From assembly GCF_048593235.1 (NCBI RefSeq), contig NC_133620.1, forward strand, positions 295,631,765-295,695,764: a stretch of DNA of 64,000 nt. Reading direction: 5' to 3'. The stretch is from Sminthopsis crassicaudata (taxonomy: Eukaryota). A model generated the notes under the pieces. The model was not told the DNA's origin and did not search any database. It was given only the letters and a program-made list of their open reading frames with translations. Below are positions 35,807-48,644 of the stretch, in pieces. Positions within the stretch are counted from its first letter, which is position 1, and every line of letters starts with the position of its first letter. A program made the position numbers and the translations under genes.

Positions 35807-38800
35807 TGAGTGTGTCAGGGAAGATTATAGACCTCCACTCCAAGTACCTTTTTTTTCAATCCTTAGGAGCCCACAAATACTCCCCTTTCCCACAGCATCA
35901 ATCAATCACCTGATTCTATCTTATTTTTAATCCTATTAAATTTTATGCACAAGGCACTGTAACTATATGGTTAAACCAGATATGAATGATCCCTGTCTTC
36001 CATGAACTTACATAATGATAGGAGATACACACAAATAACAACAAATTAGATGATGACTTAAGTATAAAGGAAGAGTCAACACCAATGTAAGATTCAATGA
36101 AAGAGTTCATATCAACCTGGGAAGATGAAATAAGGTCAAGCAGCATCTGAGCAGGACCTCAAAGGAAGAGAAAGATTTCAATAGAGCAATTGTATTCCAC
36201 ATGTAAGGGCACTTGCCAGTTTACCCTGAACATAGGTATATAGTGTATGAAGGGGAGTAATGTGAAATAAAGTGAGAATAGTAGGAAGGAAGAATTTGTA
36301 TTTTATTCTATAATCATGAGGAGTCACTTAAGGTTGAGGACAGAGCAATGACAGCATCAAATCTATGCATTATCTTGAGCTGGGTTTCTTCAATTTTTCC
36401 TAATCACAATCCCTTTTCACCCAAGAAATTTTTATGTAACCTTGGATATATAGGTATATAAAATAGGTGTACAAATCAAACATTTATTGATAATAAATCA
36501 TAATTGTACTACCCCCACAATCAGTTACATGAACCATAATTTAAGAAGCTAAGATATAAAGTATTCTGGCAATACTGAAAGATGATAGAGAAAAGAAGAG
36601 CCTGGAGGCAAGGAAAGATGTTATTTCAATAATGCAGGTCAGAAGTAACAGGGGACATTGTTAAATGTACCTCAATGGTCTAGCAACTGATCGGACTTGA
36701 GAAAGAGGGAAAAGTGAAAAATGACCTAACTAAATTCCTCCCAACCTCCTTTCTAATTTTTAAATTGGCTCCCAGCCTCCATCCCATCTTAACTCTCTAT
36801 TCAACCAACACAGGCGGTGAATACTGGTGGGGGAGGTCACCTGGAAGTCCTCCGAAGGGCAACAACTTGTCTGACCTATAGATCCCTCTGCCCTCCTGAT
36901 GACCTGGCTGACCGAGGGCTTCTGGGGGTCCCATCAGCTTTCTATGCTCATGATGCCGTTCGGCTCTGGGACATTATCTCCCGGTGAGGAGGTGGCACCA
37001 AGGGGAGGGATGGACCAGAACAGGGGGAACATGCAATAGTGATAGGGCAAATGAGGACTGGGAACTAGACAATATAGACTAAGTAAACAAGATGGCCAAG
37101 ACTGAAAGGATATATTTAAGAGTCATGAGATGATGGTCAAGATATAAGAAAAAGAAGACAATGGAAGGATTTACATTTATGTGGCATATTAGTTTCATAT
37201 CACTTTCTTCAAAATTACCTGTGAAGTAGGTAGTGAAGGTACTATAATTATAAAAAATGAATGATATGTTCATTTAACTACAGATGAGGAAATTGAGACT
37301 GAGCAACATTACATGATTTGTTCCTAGTTACACAATAAGAAAAAATCATGATCTAGGAAGAGGAAACTTTAAATTGACATAGAGAAAGTTGTCTAGATCA
37401 ATCTTCCAATTTAAATGGAGAGAAAAAGAGATGGAGAGAGTTAGGGGAGTGAGTGTGGGAAAACAGAAAGAGAGGAAGGGAGGGAGAGAGAGAAAAGCAG
37501 GTACAACACTGGTGAAAGAATACAAGTAAAGTTGCCCAATGATTCACAGGATAGAGAATTCTAAGGGGGGAAAATCCCATAAATCCCTCAAACACACAAA
37601 GGAAATATTATTCATGACAACAAGGAACATCACTATTAAAAGTTATGACTTACTCAAATGGAAAAGAATAATGGAATGGGGATGTTATTTACTAAGCTCT
37701 AAGCTTTAGGACAATATGGCAATTCTGATTTAGGACTAGAATGAGATGAAATACTCATACTCTATAAACCATTTGACAAGAGAAAGTTCACTCAAGCAGA
37801 GCACAGATATGATTTGTAAAGCAAACTTATAGAAATAGTTCAATAGCCCCCCTCAACTCCATGTTAAGTACAATGATGCACAGGGTCAGCAGGATATCTT
37901 TCTTTCCAGGGCATCCAGAAGTCCACCAAAGCTAAAGAGTATTAATTATTCATGGACTAGCTTTTATGTCTCAGGCCACTGATCTTTCCAACTCCTGTGA
38001 CCATGTAATCATTTCAGTAAAATCTTTTTTCTTTTTTAGCATGTATAAATAAGCATGCACTTATTTGTGTATATTAATATTGTATGATATTGTACTAATA
38101 AGTATATAAGCTGTAAAAGATTAAAAAGTATGAAATAAAGAAGAAATAATAAGTGAATCAAAAAGGAGCCACTGGAGTATACTAAGTGAAGTAAGTGTTT
38201 AGATCTCCACTTAAATAAAATCACGTTGGCCACAGTGTACAGGATGAATTGGAGAGAGGAGATGTGAAGAAAATAAACCAATTAAGTTGTTTAAATAGTC
38301 CAGACAAGAAGTGATAAGGGCCAATGTGGTGATAAGGGGAATTAGCTGTGTGAGAAAGAGAATAATGCAGGACATGTCACAGAAGTAGAAAAGGCAAGAT
38401 TTTGGCAGCTTCCTGGATATATGGGGTGAGGGAGAAAGATGAGAATACAAAAGCTTTCAGAGAAAGTACAGAATAAGATCCTATAACCTAAAACTTCATA
38501 GTCAAAGGTAACCTTGGAAGGATGGGAAGCTCCCAAAAATGAGGAAAGAAACAGAAACAATGCTAAGGAAGAAGAGAGAATTGTCTAAAGGGACTAATGC
38601 CTTTTTAGCTAACAGCCTTACTTGGGGATAAAAACAAATGAGCAGAATAATCTTATAAGAAAAATGTCAGTGACCTGACTGATAAGGAATGTTAAGAACA
38701 ACAAAAAGTTTTCTAAATTACTTATGGGCAAATAAGGACCAAAGTAGAGACAGGACCACTGCTCTAATAGATAACATGAAGATGGAGCAAAGACAAAAGC

Positions 38801-41102
38801 ACACAATTGTTTTCTTGGCCAACAAGAATGATCTTTGGATTGGAAAAAAGAGAAAGAAAATAGTGAAAGTTAAAAAAAAAAACAAAACACCAGGATAAAT
38901 TAGGAGAGAGTAGAAAACCTAACTTCTCTGGGCAAGGTCAAATCACCTAGCCCAAATTAATCTCATAGTTAAACAAATGTTAGTGATATGAAAGGTGAGG
39001 AGACCTTTGCTGCAGGACTGGAGAACAAAGGTCCCAACTATTCAAAGAGAGAGGAGAAGGCAGAAGACTGGAAAGATATAGGAAACTTGCATTCACTTAA
39101 AAGTGCCAACATATAAAAAGACACTAAATTTGTTCAGTGCCTCAAGAGGCAGCACTAGGAGCAATGAGGAAAGTGGTAGAAAAGGAAGCCTACTTTCTTT
39201 GATGTAAAGAGAAGCTTCTTAATATACAGTTACTTCAGTTAATGAACTACCTCAGGCTTCCTCTCATTGGTGATTTTCAAACAAAGGGGGGGGGGGGAAT
39301 CACAACCTGTTGGTGATGATATGATATGAAGAAAGGATTTTTTAAAATCGGTTTGGGATGAAAAAAGATGTTCTTTGAATTTCCTTCTAACTAATTCTAT
39401 GATTCTATTGGAAGCCCACCTGTTCCTCTTAGTTACTTTTCCCTAACCTCCTTCTCTTTTGGAGAACAGATATGTGCAAGGAATAGTCCAGCTCCATTAT
39501 CTGGAAGACGAACTTGTGCAGAATGACCCTGAGCTACAGGCTTGGTGCCGAGAGATCACTGAGATTGGCCTGTGTAAGGCGCAGGAACGAGGTAAAACTT
39601 GACATCTCTCAAAGGAAAAATCATCTCCCTTTTCTTCTAAACCCTTCCTAGAAACCTCTTTAAAAGCTTCTCTGAGCTCTCCTATCTTTGTGAAATTATT
39701 TGCAGGCCTAAGGATCATCTAAGATGATCTCATATTTCAGTCTTCTTACATTTCCCTACATTTCGTTTCCTTATTCCAGGTATTGACAAACAAGCCCAGC
39801 TCATAAGCACAAGGCACATAAGGCAGATGGTACCTCATGTCAACAGGGTTCTGTTGCCAGTAGGTAGATCTTAGGATCTCCATCTTCCAACATTACAACT
39901 TCTACTCAAGGATAAACTGAGAGACAAAGACAAAATTGCTCTTTCCTCACTTCTAATTCTCTAGCTTCTCCAACAAACAGGACCATTTTCTCCTACCCCT
40001 ATCTGCTGTAAGCCACTATATATTAGTCCTCGTATATATCTAAACTTGTATCAAAAGTTACAATGTAAAGGAATTTGTCAACACAAAAACTTGTGAAAGG
40101 AGGAAGTGATTTACATTTCTAAATTGACAAGAGAAATAAGACTTTTGATCATGTAACTTTTTTTTTAAATAAAGCTTTTTAATTTTCAAAACATATGCAC
40201 AGATAATTTGACATTGACCCTTGCACAGCCTTGGGTTTCAGATTTTCTCCTCCTTCCCCTCCCCCCTCCCCGAGATAGCAAGCAATCCAATACAGATCAT
40301 ATAACTTCTAAGAGGCAAAATTTTCCTAAGTCCCAGGATCTTGGGAGAACACCAGCCCTTTTTTCTCCCTTGAGTCTATTTCTTCTACAAACTCTTCTCT
40401 TTTCTAGGGTTTCCTGTATCTTTCCAGTCTCGTGATGAGCTCTGCCATTTTGTCACCATGTGCATCTTTACATGCACAGCTCAACACTCTGCGGTTAATC
40501 AAGGACAGGTAAATTAATTTGCAAATCTGAATCCCTGACTGTATGTGGGCCAAATACATTTCTTTATTGGGGGAGGAGTTTGGAGGAAAGAAACTAAGGG
40601 ATCAGATCCTAAGTAATTTCAGTGTATATCCTAATTACAGCTAGACTGGTATACCTGGGTCCCTAATGCTCCATGTACTATGAGGCAGCCACCGCCAACT
40701 ACAAAGGATGTAACATTAGAGATGGTGATGGCCACATTGCCCAATGTCCATCAAGCCTGTATCCAGATGACTATTTCATGGCACTTGGGTCGGTTCCAGC
40801 CAGACATGGTGAGAGCTAGAGCCAATAGATGGAACAGGGTCTGGGGGTAAGAGAACAGAATGAGCAGCTAAGGGGCTAGAGATCTGAAGCGTGTAACTGT
40901 GAAATGACCTTCTCTGTCTCAGGTTCCCCTGGGTCATCACAAAGAGCAATACTTCTCAGGACCTGGGCCCCAAGCTGTACTAAACCGTTTCCAGGAAGAT
41001 TTACATACTCTGGAAAGGGAGATTGTGGCTCGGAATGAAAGTTTGGACCTGCCTTATGAATACCTTAAACCAAGCCGGATAGAAAACAGTATTACTATCT
41101 AA
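28076..41102 (+). CDS. ALOX12: Arachidonate 12S-lipoxygenase, 14 exons, 665 aa
   Basis: Exons 28076-28210, 30403-30613, 31363-31444, 31584-31706, 31856-31959, 32256-32416, 33407-33550, 33832-34041, 35651-35737, 36814-36983, 39470-39591, 40408-40508, 40641-40808, 40923-41102. All GT-AG, 1998 nt, open frame. PLAT motif DAWFC, iron ligands HLLKTH, QHSAVN and C-terminal ENSITI. Exon 5 and the AV and N residues are ALOX12-like, and the gene lies directly upstream of RNASEK as in human. Confidence 0.95.
28907..29329 (-). mobile_element. LTR-like element in ALOX12 intron 1 (antisense)
   Basis: TG..CA ends with imperfect terminal inverted repeat (tgaagtaccc / gggtactttttca), reverse-strand AATAAA (~28965) and TATAAAT (~29037). 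No TSD seen. Confidence 0.45.
34468..34616 (-). mobile_element. WSINE1-type CORE-SINE in ALOX12 intron 8
   Basis: Reverse-complement SINE with aattgcctcagc tail variant; TSD ctca(g/c)tctttc at 34457-34467 and 34616-34626. Confidence 0.9.
40161..40294 (-). mobile_element. Short antisense L1 3' end in ALOX12 intron 11
   Basis: T tail plus L1 3'UTR-type sequence; TSD gatcat(g/a)taactt on both sides. Confidence 0.7.
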
Positions 41103-41557
41103 GTTAACACCTGGCTGACTACTACTCTGATTGGATTAGAAAAGCCCCATTTCCTTTCCTAACCCTAATTCTTTTACAAAAAAATCACAAACTTGGAGAT
41201 CTGTCCTCACACTTGATCTACTTCATTTTTTCACACTCTTCCTTGCCAGAGGAGAGGGCTTTCTTCTTCTGATATAAAGCAAGCTTAATATCACACTCTA
41301 GTGTCATGAGTTTACATTCAGATCCTTGACAGTACTATTTTCCCATTCCCTACACATGCTTCTTATTTTCTGGTATTGATGTTCTTGTAAAGAAAAATCT
41401 TCTTTGACTCTAGTCTTGGGGCAGACATCCCTCCCACATCATTTTGCCTAAGGATGGGAAAGCTCCCAGTTCAAAGCACTGCTAGTCCCCCTAGCTATAC
41501 CACCTTACTGCTTCTGGGTCCTTTCATTTCTGTGACCCTTTGCTACAATCTGTAATT

Positions 41558-41563
41558 AATAAA
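41558..41563 (+). terminator. Probable ALOX12 polyadenylation signal
   Basis: AATAAA ~450 nt after the stop; the same site is retained in duplicate A (9979-9984). Confidence 0.6.
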
Positions 41564-43189
41564 CATATATGTAAACTATAAGTCTTCTCAGTATCTATTG
41601 CTCAGGGAACAAAATAACTGCAATACTGGTATAAGGCCACTGTACCATCCAGATGATATCCTAGGATACAGTCATCTTCCCTGGGACAGTTCTCCAAACA
41701 GCCTTTAAAGTCAGCTACCTGTTGATATAACTAAATCTCTTTTGAAGTATTTTGATCATCATCTTGTACCACCACTGAGTAAATGATTTTATGCCCTTGT
41801 TATAAATTTACCTCTTTTAAGTTTCATGGGGATACTTTGTAGTTCTGGTATGCCATAATTTACAATCTTTAATAAAATCTTTTCTTCATCTTTTCAGAAC
41901 AAGTAACAACTTATTTCTAAAACACTTTAAAATTATTCAGAGTATGGTATGTCCATTATCTTGTGATTTTTGAAAATCTATCTAGATTTATTTAAATAAA
42001 ACAGGGAGTATTATCTCTATTTTATACATGGCTACACAGATTTAGAGGCTAAACAGCTTGCCCTTATATCACCAAGGTAATATCAGAGGTGAGACTTTAA
42101 CCCAGGATTTGGGTTCCAAATCAACCTTGCTTTTTCTACTGCACCAAGCTGACTTTCCAATGATAAACACTAAATCTGTTAATCTGCTCACAAAGAAGCT
42201 CCTCCAATCCAGTTTTTTAGTAGCTCATGATGTTTCAAGGCTTATAACGTGTTTTCTTTGTAACAACCTTATGTTGTAGGAATTAAAAATAGTATTTCAT
42301 CATTGTCAGATAAGGAAACTGAGATTCACAAAAGTTAATCAAATTACTCAAAATCACGAGTAGAATAGAAGCAGGTCTGCTGATGACCTAGACAGGCCTC
42401 TTGCTGCTACAGCTACATTTGGCATTCTCCGTGCCAGCTCCTAATCTGTTTTACTTTTCTCTAAGTCCATGAGGCAGAATTAAATACAATATTGCAAGTG
42501 TAGGCACATGACTGTTTTGTAGGAAGAAAAGTGTAGGAAAGAGCATTTAATGTAAATACCTAAGTTCAAGTTCTGACCCTGATGTCAATTCTGTTATAAT
42601 GAACAAAATACAATCTCTGAGCCTAAATGTTGGCATGAAAGGGGATGGAATCATATGGCTCTTTTCTGATGACTCCTTCCCTCTAGCTCGGGCCACAGAA
42701 GCACACCGATTCTTGGGGCTCGGCGCTTACCTCTGACAAATGGGCTGAAGATGATCTTCCTAGTTCCTGTTAATGAAAAAGAGGGAACAAAGGCCCTTTC
42801 CCTCAGGAAGTCTCAATCCCTTGTTCTTCCTACATCCTTTTCCTCCTTTCTCCTGATATTTTCAGAAGATCTAGTTGACAGATTTGAAAATATATATGCC
42901 ATCATCCCATCCCCATCAGACAACCAGGCTTAATACTGCATCCCACCTAAAGCCTAAGGTGGAAGCAGGTCTCGTTCCCCTCTCCTCAGAAGATGCACCG
43001 CCGGATAACATCCCCTTCACTACAGTTGGCCAAAGCCCTTCACCTACATTCTCTCAGTTAAGGAATAAGGGAAACTAGGCCAATACATGAAAAAAAAAAA
43101 AAAAAAAAAAAAAAAGTGCTTCGAACAGGGAATCCACAGTTCCACTCACAGTTGGCTAAGCTAGAGAGCCGGCAGGGGAACCTCCAGGA

Positions 43190-43218
43190 TCACGTGATTC
43201 TGAATTTCAGTCACGTGA
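43190..43218. promoter_or_regulatory. Tandem TCACGTGA (CLEAR/E-box) motifs in RNASEK promoter
   Basis: TCACGTGA at 43190-43197 and GTCACGTGA at 43210-43218, ~400 nt upstream of the ATG in a CpG-rich region. Confidence 0.7.
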
Positions 43219-43615
43219 AGAGCCCCTCCTTCTTGTTTCGTCCTCCTGCGGAGCGTACCATGTTCAGCGGGTAAAAGAATTCTATTTGTTCTCGGATCCG
43301 ATAAAATATGTGTTCGTGGGAGCTGGAAATGCTGCAGATTTCATGCTCGAGATTTCTTCTTTACAGCGTTTCTCTCTTCTATTCCCTTTTCTGGGAATAG
43401 CCGCTCTACGGGGTGCTAAATCTGTTCCCTACCCCCCCCCCCCCGCTCTCTAGTCCCGCCTTCTCTACCTGGGCCACTCCTTCGGGCTCGAGCTGGGTGC
43501 TCCCTTCCTGGGGAGTCTCTCGTCCCATCCATTCCAGCTTCGCTAAGCCCCTCGGTCTTTTATTCAGTTTTCTGAGACCCGCATTGCATTCCAGTTGCTC
43601 CAGCCTGGGATCACC

Positions 43616-44801
43616 ATGGCTTCCCTCTTGTGTTGCGGGCCCAAGCTGGCCGCCTGCGGCATCGTACTCAGCGCCTGGGGAGTGATCATGCTGGTGAGGA
43701 GGCCGAGGGAGGAGGGTGCAAAGGAATCGGGAGCCCAGCTCTGGGGAGTGAATGACTAAAACCCTTTCGGGGTGGAACCTGAGGGTTGTTTATGGGAGTC
43801 GTGGGAGCCGACATGGGGAGAAAGGGATGGTGGGAAAGCAATAAGAATGGGAACGGGAGAGGAAGGCGTTAAGTCGGACTGTGTTAAGTCTCTGCTATAG
43901 GCCCGTCAACTGCTGAGCTCCAGGATTCAAACGCAAGTGGCAAACCCTATTCTCAGGGAGCTCAGTCCGGTGGTATGAAGTTGAGGTTAGGAAGAGTGGA
44001 AGGTCTGGGAAGCTTGAGGAACAAGAACTGGTTAAGGAGAGCTTGATTCTGAATCTGACAAAGAAGTCTGGGGTGCAGCTTCCCATAATCAGCTGCTGGC
44101 CTCCAGAATGGGGTAGAAAGCCAGAGGAGGAAGTCCGTCTCGGGTTAGTGACCCTCCCTCCCCCGAGAGATGTGCAGTGTGGGTGAGGTGTGTTGCCGGA
44201 TCTCAAAACGTGACCTGTTATTTTCTGAGGAGAGAAGGGTGGAAGTGGAGGGGATGGTCAGTTTAAGAAGTAGGCGGCCCATTCTGGTTTAGTCTGACCC
44301 GGGTATTGCCAGATCTGAGACCTGATGTTATGACAGAGGGAAGAAGGGCAAGCCAAGGTTGGTTCTTGGGAAGTGACTGGGAACCTAGAGTTGTTTCACT
44401 TTACCCGTTATTTTCGCGTTATTTCCTCAGGTCCTTCTTGGAATTTTCTTCAATGTCCATTCTGCTGTGCTAATTGAGGATGTACCTTTCACTGAAAGTG
44501 ATTTTGAAGAGTGAGTTGTAGGGGTGGGAGGGATCTTCCAGGCCCCTTAAAAGCTTGGAGAGTTGATAGAAAACCCGGAGGGCTGGACTTCAAGTATCCT
44601 GGGGGCAGGGAGGGCAGGGAAGTCTAGCAGCTGCCCTCACCCTTACTTTCATCCTCCAGGGGTGGTCCTCAGAAAATCTACCAGCTTTATGAACAAGTGA
44701 GCTACAATTGCTTCATTGCTGCTGGCCTCTACCTCCTCCTGGGAGGCTTCTCATTCTGCCAAGTCCGACTCAACAAGCGCAAAGAGTACATGGTCCGTTA
44801 G
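43616..44801 (+). CDS. RNASEK: Ribonuclease kappa / V-ATPase V0 subunit f, 3 exons, 99 aa
   Basis: Exons 43616-43693, 44431-44510, 44660-44801 give [99 protein letters not shown]. Confidence 0.97.
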
Positions 44802-45036
44802 AACACTCCACACCACCCCCAAGGACTTGGGGGTCCTCCTTGCCCCATGTCTCTTATTTAATTCCCTTCTCCCAACCTTTCCCTCCTTCCGGGGGGTCCC
44901 TGCATTTCTGTCACTTTAGGAGCTGAGGGCTTTGCTGTTTACTCCCTGGGGAGTGGGTCAGGGACGGTGTAGAGAAGAACTTCCATTATCCTTTTGCTCG
45001 ACCCTTTCTAGCCCCTCGGCTGTCTCTGCTAGAAAC

Positions 45037-45042
45037 AATAAA
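45037..45042 (+). terminator. Probable RNASEK polyadenylation signal
   Basis: AATAAA ~235 nt after the stop. Confidence 0.7.
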
Positions 45043-46330
45043 GCGAGCGTTCTCTGCGGCCTCGGCTGGAGTTTGTGCTTGTAATCCTTCCTTCGCTTTA
45101 ATGCCTGGGGTCGCTTCTAGAGTAGGAGGGAGGGGCGAGAAACCTCCAGCGTTCCGAGTAGCGTGCCTAGGAAAGTGGGGCGTGGAAAGCGAGCAAATCC
45201 GGAGGATGATTAGCTAGAAACGGAAGTGTCCCGGCGCCTCGCCGGAAGCCGAGTGAGCTCCGCCTACCAGCCCCGGTAGTCGGGGCGAGCTCCAGCGCCC
45301 GCCGTCTTCCCTTCATGCCCCGTGGACTGAGCGTTCCTTCCGACTGATGGTGCGGGGGAGGAGCGCGAGCGCGAGCGCGGCGGACTCCAGGGGCCGGTGA
45401 GAAGCAGCTTGCTGAACAGAGGGGCGGGACTTCCGCGGCCGTTTGTTGGCTGGGCTGCTCCCGTTCTCTGCTCGCGCGGCAGCTGCTGCAGCTGCGTCCC
45501 CGGGAGCTGGCGTCCAGGGCCATGACGTCAGCTTCCACCAAGGTGCGCGCTCCTCCCCCACCCCCAGCCCGGGAGAGACCGAGAGAGCCTGGGTTGTCCT
45601 GGGGAGGGAGGCCAGGAGGACATTCTACCCACCCCCCACCCCCATTCCCGAGGATAACGCCTCTCTTGGGAGGGACAATGAGGAATCTCGGGTGTTGCTT
45701 CTTCCCTTCCTACCCCACCCCCAGTTTAGCGTCCCACCAATTCCTGGGTACCGATAGAGCCTGGCGTGGGAGCGCCTTCTCCCGGGGGAGGGGAGAACGG
45801 GGACCCTCTGGTAGTGTTTCCTCCGAGTGGGAAAGGAGGTTGGGTGCGCCCGTTTATGCCACTTTTCACCCAGCAGAGAGGATGGAAAACGACAGGTACA
45901 CTCCTCACCTGGCGGGAGAATAGAAAGCCTTGTGTAATGCTTTCCCCAGAGCGGAGAGTTGAGTTTTCTAGTGTTACTCTCCAGTAAAGTGCCCCTCAGG
46001 ACGAGCCTGGTCCGAGGCTTGTACCCCACAATCCTCTAGTGGTTGGATCCATCCCCTGCCGTCCTCCAGGTCGGGGAGATCTTCTCCGCTGCTGGTGCTG
46101 CCTTCACAAAGCTCGGTGAATTGACCATGCAGCTGCATCCAGTGTCGGACTCCTCCCCTGCCGGGTATGTTTGAAGTGGGAGGAGGAGATCTGAGCACTC
46201 GGCAATCGACCCAGGGAGGAGGGAGGATCTGACACACGTTGCCCTTGCCAAGGGAAGGGGCAGACCGCTCTGCAGCCACCATCCCTGGCCCTCGGCCTCG
46301 GTGCTCTTGCCCTTCACTGTGGGCCGGTTG
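45040..46330. promoter_or_regulatory. CpG island / promoter of C17orf49
   Basis: Dense CpG, ETS cores (cggaagtg ~45221, ccggaagc ~45242, acttccg ~45430) and a GC box, spanning exons 1-2. Confidence 0.8.
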
Positions 46331-48327
46331 GCTTACGAGTACTTGGTCTCCATAAACCACTGACTTGTGACCTTGAGCACATTTAAGTTTTCTGTGCCTG
46401 TTTTTAATGGTAAAAGCATAACTAAGTCTTTGGACAATTGTTACAAGAATGAAGTGAGATTTGTAGAAGTGCTTCGTGAGCCCTACCGCACTGTGCGAAA
46501 TGAAAGGAGGCAGACCTGGGGGGTTACCTAGTTAAATTGTTTCTGTTAGATGCACAGACATACTTAGGGTTCGTGGAAGGACTTTAAAGGGGCTTGGTGG
46601 CTTTGAAACTGAGAATCCAGAGCATGTGGTGTGTGGGGTGACTTCACCCCTCCTTCCCCTACTCCACTTCCCCATCCCCCTTTCCCCTCCTGACAGTGCC
46701 AAGTGGACAGACACCGAGATAGAGATGCTGAGGGCTGCGGTGAAGCGATTTGGGGACGATCTTAATCGCATCAGCTGTGTCATCAAGGACCGGACTGTGT
46801 GAGGGAGGGTGGTTAGACAGGGAATGGGGTGGGGTGGGGTGGATTGCTTATCCTCTTGACCTTTCTTCCCCCTTGCACTACCTTTCCTGCTGTCTGAGGT
46901 CGGGGTGTCCCTGGGAAGTGGATATAAACAATATGAGGATTACTACAGTTGAAGCAGAGATTTTTGAAATATTTTGGTGGGGTCTCCTAGGTTACTTCTG
47001 GAAATAGTTTGCTTAGGTTCTCCAGGAGACCTTATAAAGCGTGTAATCCTAGTCAGTTGCTTGTAAAGGGACTTCTGGGATTCTTTGTATTGGGTATTTG
47101 GGGTTGTTTCTCTAGAATGGGGTTCCCACTCAGTTATGAGTATTTATGGTAGACCTTTATGAGACAGTGTCTATATCCTTCCTGCCCCCCCCAACCCAGC
47201 TCCAATGATATGATTCCCTCTCTGGAGTTCCCTGGCATTCCAAATAAAGAAGCATGAAGCCCCCTCCCCGGCTTTGGACAGTTATTTTACTTCTAAGCCT
47301 CCTGTCCCTTTCTCCTAAAGTGATCTACTTGGTCTACACTTAGAAAAAATGAAAAGTAATCCCTCCCCATGAAAAAGTTAGGGATTTCTGAGCTAGAATT
47401 CCCCAGCCACAGATTAAATTCCCCTGAATTTCCTAATATCTCATTCCCCATGTGCCCTTTTATTCACCATATCCCTTTGACACCCTTCCCCCTTTTTTCG
47501 TATCCTCTGTCTCTCCTCCTCAGCGCTCAAATAAAGTCTACAGTGAAACGAAAGGTATATGAAGACTCTGGCCTCCCTCTTCCAACTGAATCACCCAAGA
47601 AAGGGCCCAAGAAGGGAACATCTAGTGTCCTGGTTCCTGCCTTACCTGTACCCCCACCCACTGGGACTAGTGTCCCTGAAACCGGGGGCCCTCCCCTGAA
47701 GAAGCAGAAGGCTGGTGAGGGCCATGGAGTGTTTTTTTGTAGAGGACTGCTAAGGAGAAAGATAAGATCCGAGGTCAAATGAATGAACTTGGAAATGAAA
47801 CTAAAAGGGAGCAGTCTCAACCTGTAGGGGAAGAGGAGAAGCAGGGAGGAGGGAACTGGAGTTGGGAAGGTTTGGGGAAATTGATGTTGGGGGGGAACCT
47901 AGTTGATGCCTCCCCCTCAGATGTGACGCTGAGCGCCCTGAATGACTCAGATGCCAACAGTGACCTAGTGGACATTGAGGGCCTAGGGGAGGCTCCCCCA
48001 GCCAAGAAACTCAACTTCGACCAGGGTAGGAGTCCTACCCCTTCCTATACTAGTATGGAGTTGGAATCTGGGGGAGAAGGTTCTTGTACCCTGGGGAGAG
48101 GGAACTCTGTGGCGGGGAGAGATAATGGCATAATAAAAAAGAAGTGGATTGGAGTCACAGCTGCTTGAGTAGAAGCTTTGCCTCCGACTAGCTGTGTGAT
48201 ATTCTCTAAAATGAAAGAGTCATATCAGATGTTTGTATGTTTTGTGACAGGTTGACATTTCCTTGAAAGGTGGGTTTAGGGCTGTCTCTACCTCTCCTCA
48301 TTTCATTTCCTGTTCCAGACAGCCTGA
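45522..48327 (+). CDS. C17orf49: Chromatin complexes subunit BAP18 (SANT domain), 6 exons, 172 aa
   Basis: Exons 45522-45542, 46070-46164, 46697-46798, 47524-47714, 47921-48025, 48323-48327 give [62 protein letters not shown]. An alternative last acceptor at 48319 gives a stop at 48383. Confidence 0.97.
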
Positions 48328-48533
48328 AACTAGACTCTGGACTTCTCATGACCTCTACTGATCCTCCTTTGCTCTCCCGATGACCCTCCTACTTCTGACC
48401 CCTGTAACCCTTTTATCGTGGATCTAAGTAGAAACCTGGAAAAAGGAAAACTGAAGGAAAATATCTGCCATACAGATCCTGTGTGAACACTTGCCCTCTG
48501 CCTACAATGGACTTTTTTTTTCTAACAAAATCA

Positions 48534-48539
48534 AATAAA
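48534..48539 (+). terminator. Probable C17orf49 polyadenylation signal
   Basis: AATAAA ~205 nt after the stop. Confidence 0.7.
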
Positions 48540-48644
48540 AATTTCACTCAACTTTGTGGCTTGGTCTCTATCTCATCAGAGAACAAAGGATTATTCCTCC
48601 AGCAGAGACGAAAGGGTTGTCTTCTCCCCACAGCTGCTCTAGCC

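Noticed and set aside
28076-41102. Calling the intact gene ALOX15
   Set aside because: Exon 1 and exon 5 sequence, AV and Asn residues, and adjacency to RNASEK favour ALOX12
45167-46360. Several 80-134 aa overlapping ORFs on both strands
   Set aside because: Expected in a CpG island; only the spliced BAP18 exons have homology
46820-46839. G-quadruplex motif GGGAATGGGGTGGGGTGGGG
   Set aside because: Common next to 5' splice sites in GC-rich introns; nothing here marks it as special
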